NCBI GenBank assembly: GCA_965226375.1
Contig: CBDDCX010000008.1
Location: 896,001 to 960,000 of the forward strand
Direction: 5' to 3'
Length of the DNA stretch: 64,000 nt
Source: Longimicrobiales bacterium
GTDB lineage: Bacteria; Gemmatimonadota; Gemmatimonadetes; Longimicrobiales; Gaopeijiaceae
Every line of letters begins with the position of its first letter. Within the stretch, counting starts at the first letter, position 1. Positions 49,288 through 59,428 of this stretch are shown piece after piece. The position numbers were made by a program, and so were the translations under genes. The notes under the pieces were generated by a model. The model was not told the origin of the DNA and searched no databases. It worked only from the letters and a program-made list of their open reading frames with translations.

Positions 49288-50434
49288 GGGTTCCGTTGCG
49301 GTCTTCGCGGGTGGTGGCACCGGTGGACACCTCTATCCAGCCCTCGCGTTGGCCGACGAGCTCGTCCGCCAGCGGCCTGGCATTCGTCCGTACTTTCTCG
49401 GCGCTCGGAGGGGGCTCGAAGCTCGAGTGCTTCCGGAGCGGCAGTTGGAACACCGTCTCCTTCCGGTCCGTGGGCTCGGCCGGGGCCAGGTGCTGTCCAA
49501 CCTGGGTGTGCCGTGGTCCCTGGTGCGGTCTGTCGCCATCGCCTTCGGTCTCCTTCGGCGTCTCCGGCCGGAGCTTGTCGTGGTGACCGGCGGATACGCC
49601 GGTGCGCCCGCGGGATTGGCCGCTGCCTTGTCCGGGATTCCCCTGGTCCTCCAGGAGCAAAACGCCTGGCCCGGCGCTACCACCCGCCTGCTCTCGCGTT
49701 GGGCGGCTCAGGTGCACCTGGCGTTTCCGGAGGCTGTGCCGCACTTCCCGTCACGCGCCCAGGACGCCATTCACCTGTCCGGGTGTCCGATTCGGCCGCT
49801 TCCGGATCAACCCCCCGAGCGGCGCGCCATGTGCGATCATTTCGGTCTCGACCCGGAGCTCAAGATCCTACTCGTGGTCGGGGGCAGTCAGGGCTCCGTC
49901 GCCCTCAATGATCTCGTTCAGGCCGCCGTCCTGACGATGACCGGTGACGGCTTTGGCATCGACGGATGGCAGTTGCTGTGGGCTACCGGCCCAGGGAACC
50001 ATGCCGGCGTGGAAGAGGCGCTGTCCGCGATGGCCGGCCCGGCCAGAGTGCGCGCCGTGCCCTACATCGAGGATATTCCGTCCGCGCTGAGCATCACGGA
50101 CCTGGCCTTGAGTCGGGCAGGTGCCATGACCACGGCCGAGCTTCTGGCGTGGGGCGTACCGGCCATCCTGGTCCCCCTTCCGACTGCCGCCGCCAACCAC
50201 CAGGCAGTCAACGCCCAGGCCTTGTACGAGTCCGGCGCGGCGGTCCATCTGCCCCAGGGGGATCTCACCGCCGAGGTGCTGTGGCGCACGGTGGTGGACT
50301 TGGCGAGTGACGAAGATCGCCTCGAACACATGGGCCAGGCGGCCCGCACGCGGAGCCGTCCCACGGCCACGGAGGCCATTGTCACCGAGATGATCCGCCT
50401 TCTCCCCGGACCCCGGGGGAGGGTCCCGGCATAA
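49280..50434 (+). CDS. murG: Lipid II GlcNAc transferase
   Basis: GGGTGGHLYP, EQNA, GGSQGS, SRAGAMT. Confidence 0.95.
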   Translation: MHEGSVAVFAGGGTGGHLYPALALADELVRQRPGIRPYFLGARRGLEARVLPERQLEHRLLPVRGLGRGQVLSNLGVPWSLVRSVAIAFGLLRRLRPELVVVTGGYAGAPAGLAAALSGIPLVLQEQNAWPGATTRLLSRWAAQVHLAFPEAVPHFPSRAQDAIHLSGCPIRPLPDQPPERRAMCDHFGLDPELKILLVVGGSQGSVALNDLVQAAVLTMTGDGFGIDGWQLLWATGPGNHAGVEEALSAMAGPARVRAVPYIEDIPSALSITDLALSRAGAMTTAELLAWGVPAILVPLPTAAANHQAVNAQALYESGAAVHLPQGDLTAEVLWRTVVDLASDEDRLEHMGQAARTRSRPTATEAIVTEMIRLLPGPRGRVPA

Positions 50435-51861
50435 TGGCTATCGAGCGGGCGTCCAATGCCCTAAGTGGCGACGATCTGCGGCGGCTGGCCCTCGAGGGAC
50501 ATGTGCACTTCATGGGTGTTGGCGGTGCCGGCATGTGTGCGCTGGCGGAGCTCTTTGCCCGGGAAGGGGGCCGAGTCACGGGCTGTGATCTTCGTCCCGG
50601 GGCCAGCACGGAACGCCTACGAGCGATGGACGTGACCGTCCATGAGGGGCACGGGCCGGAGCACGTCGAGGGGGCGGGCGCCTTGGTGGTGAGCGTTGCC
50701 GTACCCGCTGATCATCCCGAGATCCTCGAGGCTCGCAGCCGTGGAATCCCGGTGCTGAAGAGGGCCGAGGCTCTCGGCCGGTGGGTGAACCAAGGTAGGG
50801 TCCTTGCCGTTGCGGGTACCCACGGCAAGACGTCCACCACCGCCATGGCTACACAGATTCTCACGGAGGCGGGGCTGGACCCCACCGGGTTCGTGGGCGG
50901 TCGTGTACCCGGGTGGAACGGCAATCTGCGGCCGGGCGGCGACCTGTATGTGGTCGAGGCGGACGAGTACGATCGCTCCTTCCTCGAGCTCGAGCCCACG
51001 GTGGCTGTGGTGACCAACGTCGAGGCCGATCACCTCGACACGTACGGTGGGTTCGACGCGGTCATGGCGGCGTTCTACGAGTTCCTCGAGGCTCTCCCGG
51101 ACGACGGTCGCGTAATGATCTGTGGTGACGATCATGGAGCGAGTCGACTCCTGGCCGGGCTCAATGGCGTCGGCTACACCTACGGCACGGCAGCCGGGTC
51201 GCAGCTGCGCGCCGTGGACATACAAGCAGGCCCCGCCGGCATGGACTTCGGGATCGTCGAAGACGGTATCGATCGAGGGTCGTTCAGCCTTCCGGCGCCC
51301 GGTGTGCACAACTTGCGGAACGCCTTGGGCGCCGCCGGCGCAGCCCGCTGCTTCGGGGCGGAATGGGTTGATGTCCGGCGGGGGCTGGTGGCGTACAAAG
51401 GCGTGGATCGCCGCTTCCAGACCCTGGGCCTGGTAAATGAAATCCTGTTAGTGGACGACTACGCACACCACCCGTCCGAGATCTCGGCCACCCTCGAGGC
51501 CGCCCGGGAGGCCCACCCCGATCGCAGATTGGTTGCCGTCTTCCAGCCGCACCTCTTCAGTCGGACGCGGGACTTCGCGGATGACTTCGGACGGGCGCTG
51601 GCCGGAGCCGACGTCGTCTGGGTCACGGACGTCTTCCCGGCTCGCGAGGCGCCCATCGCGGGCGTATCAGGCGAGTTGGTGTCGGACGCCGTCGAGCGCG
51701 CCGGGGGTGGTGTGCGTTATCACCCGGAGCTGGAATCCCTCGCAGAAGCCGTGGCCGCGGATCTGGTGCCGGGGGATCTCCTGTTGACCATGGGAGCCGG
51801 TTCGGTCGAAATCGTGGCCCCCCGCGTACTCGCACTCCTCGAGGCGGTGCGTCGTGCGTAG
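50434..51861 (+). CDS. murC: UDP-MurNAc--L-Ala ligase
   Basis: GVGGAGM, GTHGKTST, EADEYD, DDYAHHP, FQPH. Confidence 0.96.
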   Translation: MAIERASNALSGDDLRRLALEGHVHFMGVGGAGMCALAELFAREGGRVTGCDLRPGASTERLRAMDVTVHEGHGPEHVEGAGALVVSVAVPADHPEILEARSRGIPVLKRAEALGRWVNQGRVLAVAGTHGKTSTTAMATQILTEAGLDPTGFVGGRVPGWNGNLRPGGDLYVVEADEYDRSFLELEPTVAVVTNVEADHLDTYGGFDAVMAAFYEFLEALPDDGRVMICGDDHGASRLLAGLNGVGYTYGTAAGSQLRAVDIQAGPAGMDFGIVEDGIDRGSFSLPAPGVHNLRNALGAAGAARCFGAEWVDVRRGLVAYKGVDRRFQTLGLVNEILLVDDYAHHPSEISATLEAAREAHPDRRLVAVFQPHLFSRTRDFADDFGRALAGADVVWVTDVFPAREAPIAGVSGELVSDAVERAGGGVRYHPELESLAEAVAADLVPGDLLLTMGAGSVEIVAPRVLALLEAVRRA

Positions 51862-52615
51862 GCTCCTCCGCGCCGGGCGCTGGCTCTCGGTGGCCGGTGG
51901 CGTGGCACTCGCGGCCGCGTGGCTTCCCGACGCGCTCGCGGAGCTCGAGTACTTCCGGGCGACCGAATTCAGAGTTGTCGGGGTTCGAATCGTCGACGTG
52001 GACGAGATCATCGAGACGGCCGCCATCCCGGGGTACGCGAGCGTTTTCGATGCTGCGGATTCATGGGAGCGCCGCCTCGAGCGTCACCCGCTCATCCGCC
52101 GCGCTGAGATCACGCGAGATCTCCCGGCGACCTTGATCGTCACGGTAGAGGAGAGGGTTCCCGTCGCCTTTGTCGCGAACACTCTTCTCGACCCCGTGGA
52201 CCGGGATGGACAGGTGCTGCCTCTGGACCCGAGTGAGCATCGGCTGGATCTGCCCCTTCTTCGTGCGGATCTGGGCGCAACGGAGCTCACCAGGTCACAA
52301 CTGCGCATTCTGGCTCTGGAGGTCGAACGCCTCACGGCCGACGATCCGTCGTTCATGGCTGCCGTGTCCGAGATCGCACTCGACGACAAGGGCGATGCGA
52401 CGGTCATCGTGGACGGGAACATGCGAGTCCGATTCCGCCCGCCGCTGTCCCATCGCCGGCTACAGGATGGACTCGCGGCCCTGGAAGACGCCGGCCGGCG
52501 TCGACCGAACCAACGAGCGACCATCGTGGATCTTCGATATGCCGACCAGGTGGTGGTCTCCTATCGGCGCTCCGGTACACTCGCTGCCGACCAAACTCTT
52601 GGGACGGGTAACTAG
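51854..52615 (+). CDS. ftsQ: Cell division protein FtsQ/DivIB
   Basis: TM, POTRA (P.TL.V.VEERVP), C-terminal DLRY; sits before ftsA. Confidence 0.85.
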   Translation: MRRLLRAGRWLSVAGGVALAAAWLPDALAELEYFRATEFRVVGVRIVDVDEIIETAAIPGYASVFDAADSWERRLERHPLIRRAEITRDLPATLIVTVEERVPVAFVANTLLDPVDRDGQVLPLDPSEHRLDLPLLRADLGATELTRSQLRILALEVERLTADDPSFMAAVSEIALDDKGDATVIVDGNMRVRFRPPLSHRRLQDGLAALEDAGRRRPNQRATIVDLRYADQVVVSYRRSGTLAADQTLGTGN

Positions 52616-53845
52616 ATGCACTCCATCCTCATCGCCGGTGTCGACCTGGGGACGACGAAGACCTGCGCGGTCATCGCCGAAGTCCACGAGGATCCGTTCA
52701 TGCGGCGCGAACTGAAGATTCTCGGGGTGGGACAAGCCAAGAGCACGGGCATGCGCCAGGTCGTCACCCATATCGAGGAGACCACGGAGTCCGTCAAAGC
52801 CGCCCTCGAAGAGGCCGAGCTCATGGCCGGCGTGAACGTCGATCGGGTCTACGTCGGCATCAGCGGCGAGCACATCAAGGCCATGACGTCTCCAGGAGTC
52901 GTCGCCGTCACCGAAGACGAGGTATCGCGCTTCGACCTACAGCGCGTCCACGAGGTGGCTCGGGCCGTAGCCCATCCGCCGGATCGGGAACTGCTCCACG
53001 CCATCCCGCAGGACTACATCGTGGACCACCAGCGGGGCATCAAGGATCCTATCGGCATGGTGGGCACGCGCCTCGAGGCTGAGGTCTACCTGGTGACCGG
53101 CTCCTCTTCTGCCGCCGAGAACATCAGGAAGTCGGTGCAGCGGGCCGGTTATCGGGTTCAGGAACTGGTTCTCGAGCCGCTGGCCGCGGCGCGATCGGTG
53201 CTGACCGAGGACGAGAAGGAAGTCGGTGTGGCCATGGTAGACATGGGCGCCTGCACCACGGATCTGGCGGCCTATTACGACGGAGAGATCCATCACGTGG
53301 CCGTGCTTCCCATGGGTGGGATCACGGTGACGAACGACCTGGTCCGGGGGCTCTCGATTCCGTTCGCCGAGGCCAAGAAGGCCAAGGAGCACTTTGCCGT
53401 CGCCTTCGCCCAGATGGTGGACCCCCAGGAAACCGTTGAGGTGCCGGGACCGAGCCCGGGGCAGAAACGGCATGTGGCACGGGAGCTTATCGCCCACGTG
53501 GTGGAGCAGCGCCTCGACGAGATGTTCGGCCTTGTCCAGGGCGAGCTGGATCGACACGGGCTGCTCAACAAGCTGGGCGCCGGAATCGTGCTGACGGGCG
53601 GCGCCTCGGCGCTGTACGGGACAGCGGAGCTGGCTCGGCAGGTGTTCGCCGCCCCAGTTCGGTGTGGTGCGCCCGGAGAGGGTCTGGGTGGGCTAGCCGA
53701 CTCAGTGGGCCGACCGAGGTTCGCCACTGCCGCCGGCCTGGTCCTGTACGGGGCCGACCGCTTCGAACAGACGGGAGAGGGCGCGTCCACGCTTACGTCC
53801 GGCCTGGTCTCAAAGGTCGGCTCGTGGCTCAGGGAATTCTTTTAG
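52616..53845 (+). CDS. ftsA: Cell division protein FtsA
   Basis: GVDLGTTK, VDMGACTT, VLTGG, C-terminal amphipathic WLREFF. Confidence 0.95.
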   Translation: MHSILIAGVDLGTTKTCAVIAEVHEDPFMRRELKILGVGQAKSTGMRQVVTHIEETTESVKAALEEAELMAGVNVDRVYVGISGEHIKAMTSPGVVAVTEDEVSRFDLQRVHEVARAVAHPPDRELLHAIPQDYIVDHQRGIKDPIGMVGTRLEAEVYLVTGSSSAAENIRKSVQRAGYRVQELVLEPLAAARSVLTEDEKEVGVAMVDMGACTTDLAAYYDGEIHHVAVLPMGGITVTNDLVRGLSIPFAEAKKAKEHFAVAFAQMVDPQETVEVPGPSPGQKRHVARELIAHVVEQRLDEMFGLVQGELDRHGLLNKLGAGIVLTGGASALYGTAELARQVFAAPVRCGAPGEGLGGLADSVGRPRFATAAGLVLYGADRFEQTGEGASTLTSGLVSKVGSWLREFF

Positions 53846-53888
53846 CAACGTGAACGAGCACAACCAACCCCCACGCGGGAGTTAGCAC

Positions 53889-55049
53889 ATGATGATTTTT
53901 GAATTCGAAGATACTCCGATCCAGAACGCCCGGATGAAGGTGGTCGGAGTCGGGGGAGCCGGCGGAAACGCCGTAAACCGGATGGTCGACGAGGACTTGG
54001 AGGGTGTCGAGTTCATCACGGCCAACACCGACGCCCAGGCTCTGAAGGGTTCCCGGGCCCAGGTGACCATGCAGTTGGGCAAGAAGCTGACCCGCGGGTT
54101 GGGGGCAGGGGCCCGACCGGAGATCGGCCGTCAGGCCGTCGCGGAGAGCGCCGACGAGGTACGTAAGGTCCTCGAGGGGGCGGATCTGGTCTTCATCACC
54201 GCCGGCATGGGCGGAGGAACCGGAACCGGCGCCGCGCCCATCATCGGTGAGATCGCTCGTGAGATGGGAGCGCTCACCATCGGGATCGTGACCAAGCCGT
54301 TCTCCTTCGAGGGCAAGAAGCGCGAGCGGCAGGCGGACCAGGGACTCGCCGAACTGCGTCGGACCGTCGACACGATGATCTGCGTCCCCAACGACCGCCT
54401 CATGTCGGTGGTACCCAAGGGCACGTCGTTCCGAGACGCGCTGAAGAAGGCGGACGAAGTCCTCCTCCACGCCACGCAGGGCATCAGCGACCTGATCCGT
54501 GTCTCTGGAGAGGTGAACGTCGACTTCGCGGACGTGCGCACCATCATGGCATGCCGTGGACCCGCCCTGATGGGGTCCGGGTTCGGCGAGGGAGACAACC
54601 GCGCCCAGGAAGCGGCTCAGGAAGCCGTCTCCTCACCGTTGTTGGACAACGTGTCCATCAACGGCGCCCAAGGAGTGTTGATCAACATCACCGGGGGCAT
54701 GGATCTCGCCATTGACGAGGTCCACCAGATATCGACTATTATTCAAGAAGAGGCCGGCGACGAGGCGGAGATCATTTTCGGTGCGGTGCACGACCCGTCG
54801 TTGGAGGGCAAGATCCGGGTCACGGTCATCGCGACGGGCTTCGACGATGTGATCCGTCCGGACTTCGGCAGGCAGAGTTCAAGACAGGCTCAGCCACAAC
54901 GGCACGTGATCGAGCAGCCGCTGCAGGTGGCCGTCGGTGGCAGCCCGGCGGGGGTGGTACCACTACCCCGGCTTCCGGAGCGGGTCGTAACGCGGGAGCA
55001 GATCGGAGAGCTGGACATTCCGACCTTCATCCGCCGGCAGATGGACTGA
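53889..55049 (+). CDS. ftsZ: Cell division protein FtsZ
   Basis: GVGGAGGNAVNRM, GMGGGTGTG, NVDFAD, LDIPTFIRR. Confidence 0.98.
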   Translation: MMIFEFEDTPIQNARMKVVGVGGAGGNAVNRMVDEDLEGVEFITANTDAQALKGSRAQVTMQLGKKLTRGLGAGARPEIGRQAVAESADEVRKVLEGADLVFITAGMGGGTGTGAAPIIGEIAREMGALTIGIVTKPFSFEGKKRERQADQGLAELRRTVDTMICVPNDRLMSVVPKGTSFRDALKKADEVLLHATQGISDLIRVSGEVNVDFADVRTIMACRGPALMGSGFGEGDNRAQEAAQEAVSSPLLDNVSINGAQGVLINITGGMDLAIDEVHQISTIIQEEAGDEAEIIFGAVHDPSLEGKIRVTVIATGFDDVIRPDFGRQSSRQAQPQRHVIEQPLQVAVGGSPAGVVPLPRLPERVVTREQIGELDIPTFIRRQMD

Positions 55050-55147
55050 GAATAGCGGCCCCTGGGGCCGCTGCAGGAATAGCGGGGGCCGCTGCAGGAA
55101 TAGCGGCCCTTCGGGCCGCTGCATGAAGAGCGGCTTCTGGCCGCAAC
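55050..55147. repeat. Tandem REP-like palindromic units x4
   Basis: GAATAGCGGCCC-n-GGGCCGCTGCAG and variants at 55050, 55077, 55098, 55125. Confidence 0.85.
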
Positions 55148-55171
55148 ACAATAGACCTAGGGCGGCAACCG

Positions 55172-56530
55172 GTGCGCGGTGAACGCGCCACGCGTTGTGC
55201 CGTAGCCATAGGGGATGAGGTGCGTTCGGGTTCAATTGTACCGCGGGTCGTCGGACTGGTGGGGCTCATGGCCCTGGGGGTCGGCCTCGTCCTGGTCAGA
55301 GGGGCAGAGGTGCCCACAGTGGCCCTCGTGGAGCCTATCTACGCCGCTCCGGCCGAGCGTGTGGAAGTACGCTCGCTCACGCAGGATCAGACGCTCGGCG
55401 ATCTCCTCTCGGGTGTCCTGGACGCCAACGCCCAGTACGGTCTGATCCTCGCCCTCCAGGAGCGGGCCAGCCCCCGCCGTATGCGCCCCGGAACCGAAGT
55501 GGCCTTCCGCTGGCTCCCGGGCGAATCCCCCACTCTACGAGCGGTCGACATCAAGATCAGCGCCGACGAGACGGTGCGCCTGGCCCCCACATCCTTTGGA
55601 TGGGACTCGGAGTTCATTGCAACTCCGGTCCTCACCGACACGGTCTGGGTGGCGGGAGAGATCCGGTCTTCCCTCTGGGAGTCGGTCTACGGCAATGAAG
55701 ACCTGGACGGCGTGGTTCTGGACGATCGGGCGGAGCTCATTTTGGAGCTGGAAAAGGTGTTCCAGTGGCAGGTCGACTTCCTGCGCCAGATTCGAACCGG
55801 AGACTTCTACCGCTTCGCCTTCGAGCGCGAGGTCCGGCCCGACGGCACCATGCGGACAGGACATGTCCTGTCCGCCGAGCTTGTGAATCGGGGGCGTAGC
55901 CTTCAAGCGCTCTGGTTCGACCCCAATGGCGACGGCAGCGGGACCTACTACGATCCGGAGGGGAACTCCGTGCGAAGGGCTTTCCTCAAGAGCCCCATCG
56001 CGTTGCGCTACCGCATTTCAAGCCGCTTCTCCAGCGACCGCCTCCACCCGATCCTCAGGACGTGGCGGGCGCATCGCGGCGTTGACTTCGCAGCCAACAC
56101 GGGAACACCGATCCGTGCGACCGGGAACGGCGTGATCACTCGACGGCGCAACGATGCGACGTACGGCAACGTGATCTACGTCGAGCACCCCAACGGATGG
56201 ACGACACGCTATGCCCACATGAGTCGCTTCGCCCCGGGATTCCGGGTCGGGACTCGGGTAGCGCAGGAGGATGTCATCGGCTACGTCGGTATGACCGGCC
56301 TGGCCAATGGCCCCCACCTCCACTACGAGATGCGCAGCCACGGTAATCCGAAGGATCCGTTGTCCGTGGATCTCCCTGCGGGTGATCCGGTGCCGACGGA
56401 CCAGTGGGACCTCTGGAAGGCCCGCAGTGGTGAGCGTCTCGCCCTGCTCGATCGGGTGCCGCTTCCGTGGGACGTCGACCTCGCCGTCAAGGTGGGTGAC
56501 GGTATCGAGTCTGACTCGGGAGCGCGGTGA
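55172..56530 (+). CDS. MepM-like M23 peptidoglycan endopeptidase
   Basis: HRGVDFA, YAHMS, GPHLHYE; N-terminal TM; true start may be slightly downstream. Confidence 0.9.
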   Translation: MRGERATRCAVAIGDEVRSGSIVPRVVGLVGLMALGVGLVLVRGAEVPTVALVEPIYAAPAERVEVRSLTQDQTLGDLLSGVLDANAQYGLILALQERASPRRMRPGTEVAFRWLPGESPTLRAVDIKISADETVRLAPTSFGWDSEFIATPVLTDTVWVAGEIRSSLWESVYGNEDLDGVVLDDRAELILELEKVFQWQVDFLRQIRTGDFYRFAFEREVRPDGTMRTGHVLSAELVNRGRSLQALWFDPNGDGSGTYYDPEGNSVRRAFLKSPIALRYRISSRFSSDRLHPILRTWRAHRGVDFAANTGTPIRATGNGVITRRRNDATYGNVIYVEHPNGWTTRYAHMSRFAPGFRVGTRVAQEDVIGYVGMTGLANGPHLHYEMRSHGNPKDPLSVDLPAGDPVPTDQWDLWKARSGERLALLDRVPLPWDVDLAVKVGDGIESDSGAR

Positions 56531-58500
56531 CCTTTTCCTGGCTCATCTTTGGAGCCCTGGCCGTTTCTGCCGCTGCGTTCGCCGCATGGGTCTACTATCG
56601 GCGGGAGCTCCCGATACCAGGCCGGAGGGTCCTGGGCAGCGCCCGGGGGCTCGTCCTCGTCCTGGTTCTCCTGCTTCTCTGGGACCCACGTCTGCCCGGC
56701 AGCCGCGCCGGTGCGTTCGGGGGGTCGGATCGTTGGGTACTCCTCGATGGTTCGGCCAGCATGGAGGCGGGTGGGCAGGGTGGGGAGGCTGCCTGGACGG
56801 TGGCATTGGCCAGGGCCCAGGAGCTCGCCGCCGAGGGTGCACGCGTCCTTCTGTTTGGAGGTACCCCTCGAGTGGTGCCTGCCGATTCCCTTGGCACTCT
56901 CGTACCGACGGAGGGGACTTCCCGACTGGCCCCTGCATTGGCACGCGTGGCGGAATCCGGCGCCGAGGTCGTGACGATCCTTTCGGATCTGCGGTTGGAC
57001 GATCCCATCGAGACCAACCTGACCGCCGAGCGCTTGCTCCTCGAGCTCCAGAGCGAGAGCGGGGAAGAGGGGATTCGAAACGTGGGTGTGTCTCGCTTCG
57101 AGTTACCGATTAGAGCCGAGTCCGGGGACACCCTCGTGGCCGAAGTGGCGGTCTTTGCCGAAGAGGCTGGAGGTGCCGATACGATCCGGCTTCAAGTATT
57201 CGAAGAAGATCGGCTCGTCGCTTCGAGACGAGTTGCGCCTGCGGCCTTCGGACGCCTGGCCACGGCTTCGATCGCTCTTCCCGCGCCTCGTGCGTCGGGG
57301 TGGATACGATATCGCCTTTCGGCAGAGTTGGACGGAGACGAGTTCTCCGGGGACGATACCAAGGCGGCCTACGTCGAGATCGACCCCGAGGAGGGCGGTC
57401 TGGTGCTGGTGTCTCTTCAGCCCGACTGGGAGCCACGCTTTTTGCTACCGGTGCTCTCTCAGGCGACGGGCCTCGACACTCGTGGCTTCCTGGCCATGGG
57501 CGACGCCCGATACTTGCGGCTCGGCTCGGGGGCCGATGCAGGTCGGTCATCCGATGAGGCGGAGGTTAGGCGTGCCGTTTCGGGGTCTGACTTTCTCGTC
57601 CTCCACGGAGTCGGGCGCAATGCGCCCACGTGGGTCTTGGAGGCCATGGCCGGGAGTGCCCGGCTCATGATCTTCCCCGCGGATCCGGGAGGGGCCGCTG
57701 CCGCAGGTGTGAGGGCCGGTCTTCCTCTGCCCGGGGAGTGGTACCCCATGCCGGACCTGCTGCCGTCCCCTCTGGCCGCTGGTCTGGCCGGGGCAGACCT
57801 GACGGGTCTGCCTCCCCTCACCAACGTACTTCCCAGAGTGGGACCGGAGTCCGGGACCGGGCCGTTGCCGATCCAGTTGCAGGGGCGCGGTGCGGCTGAG
57901 TCGGCCCTTGTCCTGCGGGAGGATCAGGGGAGGCGCCAGGCGGTGATGCTCGCCTCGGGATTCTGGCGATGGGCGTTTCGTGAGGGGGCGGACCGACAGG
58001 TCTACCGACGGCTGTGGGCGGGTGTGGTTGGGTGGCTCCTGACCTCTACACCGGTCGTGGAAGGAGCCGGGGTGCGGCCCGCCAGACGCGTTGTGAGTAC
58101 CTCGGAAGATCTGACCTGGAGCGCGCCGGGCATGATCGGTGACTCCATCACCCTGACCCTTTCGGCCGGGGACTCGGTGGTCATGGATACCACGGTGGTC
58201 GTGGACGGCACCGGAGAGGCACGCACTGGCAGGCTTCCTGCTGCGGAGTATACCTATCGAGCCACCGTTGTCGGCGACGGGGAAGAAGTCGGGAGCGGCC
58301 GCGTGGAATCCGAGCGACACAGCCTCGAGCTGCTCAGGAGACCGGCAGAGCTCACTGCAGGGGCCGTTGCCGGAAGCGGCAGTGGGGTACGTGGGAGGAG
58401 GCCCGGACGCCCCCTACGCACACATCCCTTCCCCTACGTGTTGATCTTGGTCCTCCTGTGTGCCGAGTGGATTGGCCGCCGGCAGTGGGGACTGCGTTAG
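56527..58500 (+). CDS. Membrane protein with vWA-like domain
   Basis: Two N-terminal TM helices, LLDGSASM, C-terminal EWIGRRQWGL. Confidence 0.72.
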   Translation: MTFSWLIFGALAVSAAAFAAWVYYRRELPIPGRRVLGSARGLVLVLVLLLLWDPRLPGSRAGAFGGSDRWVLLDGSASMEAGGQGGEAAWTVALARAQELAAEGARVLLFGGTPRVVPADSLGTLVPTEGTSRLAPALARVAESGAEVVTILSDLRLDDPIETNLTAERLLLELQSESGEEGIRNVGVSRFELPIRAESGDTLVAEVAVFAEEAGGADTIRLQVFEEDRLVASRRVAPAAFGRLATASIALPAPRASGWIRYRLSAELDGDEFSGDDTKAAYVEIDPEEGGLVLVSLQPDWEPRFLLPVLSQATGLDTRGFLAMGDARYLRLGSGADAGRSSDEAEVRRAVSGSDFLVLHGVGRNAPTWVLEAMAGSARLMIFPADPGGAAAAGVRAGLPLPGEWYPMPDLLPSPLAAGLAGADLTGLPPLTNVLPRVGPESGTGPLPIQLQGRGAAESALVLREDQGRRQAVMLASGFWRWAFREGADRQVYRRLWAGVVGWLLTSTPVVEGAGVRPARRVVSTSEDLTWSAPGMIGDSITLTLSAGDSVVMDTTVVVDGTGEARTGRLPAAEYTYRATVVGDGEEVGSGRVESERHSLELLRRPAELTAGAVAGSGSGVRGRRPGRPLRTHPFPYVLILVLLCAEWIGRRQWGLR

Positions 58501-58504
58501 CACA

Positions 58505-59428
58505 GTGGCTCGACTGTTCAAGCACAAGAAAGAGCGCAAGAAGGGACTCTGGCGAAGGGCGGTGGACCTTGCACTGACCGATGTCCGGGTGGCCGTCGGG
58601 GGGATGGACCACGAATCGCTGGAATCCCTCGAGGAGCGTCTGCTTGCGTCCGATTTCGGGGTCGATGCAACCATGCGCCTCGTGGACCACGTAGACGGGT
58701 TGGCCCGGCGGGGGAAGGTCAGGGGCGGCAATGCGTTGCGGGCGGCCCTCATGGACGAGATGTCACGGATCCTGGAGCCGGCTGGGGAGTCCTACCTCCA
58801 CGCCGCTGACGAAGGCCCCACGGTCTACCTGGTGGTCGGGGTCAACGGAGTGGGGAAGACGACCTCCGTGGCCAAGCTAGCCCACAGGATCAAGGAGGAG
58901 GGCAAGAGCGTGCTCGTGGCCGCCGCCGACACGTTTCGGGCGGGAGCGGTTGAGCAGCTTCGCCAATGGTCCGAGCGAATCGGGGTCGACTTCGTGGCGG
59001 GTCAGTCGGGCGGTGACCCGGCGGCTGTGGCTTTCGACGCCATCGAAGCGGCCGAGGCGAGAGGCATCGACGTGGTTCTGGTGGATACGGCGGGTCGGCT
59101 CCACACTCAAAGGGGTCTCATGGAGGAGTTGGTGAAGGTGGATCGTGTGGTCAGGCGCCGCTGTGAAGGGGCGCCGCACGAGTCCCTCATCGTCTTGGAT
59201 GCCACCGTGGGCCAGAATGCCGTTTCGCAGGTTCGTGCCTTCGGGGAAGCCGTCGACCTCACGGGCATCATCCTGGCCAAGCTGGACAGCAGCGCGCGGG
59301 GCGGCATCGTGCTCGGCTTGCAGCAGGAGTTCGGACTGCCAGTCAAGCTGGTGGGCGTGGGGGAGGGGATCGACGACATAGAGGCGTTCGATCCGGATGA
59401 CTTCGTCGAGGGGGTGTTCGAGGCGTGA
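58505..59428 (+). CDS. ftsY: SRP receptor FtsY (NG domain only)
   Basis: GVNGVGKTT, DTFRAGA, DTAGRL, KLDSSARGG. Confidence 0.96.
   Translation: MARLFKHKKERKKGLWRRAVDLALTDVRVAVGGMDHESLESLEERLLASDFGVDATMRLVDHVDGLARRGKVRGGNALRAALMDEMSRILEPAGESYLHAADEGPTVYLVVGVNGVGKTTSVAKLAHRIKEEGKSVLVAAADTFRAGAVEQLRQWSERIGVDFVAGQSGGDPAAVAFDAIEAAEARGIDVVLVDTAGRLHTQRGLMEELVKVDRVVRRRCEGAPHESLIVLDATVGQNAVSQVRAFGEAVDLTGIILAKLDSSARGGIVLGLQQEFGLPVKLVGVGEGIDDIEAFDPDDFVEGVFEA

Noticed and set aside
55050..55147. Possible mini-CRISPR
   Set aside because: Units abut without unique spacers
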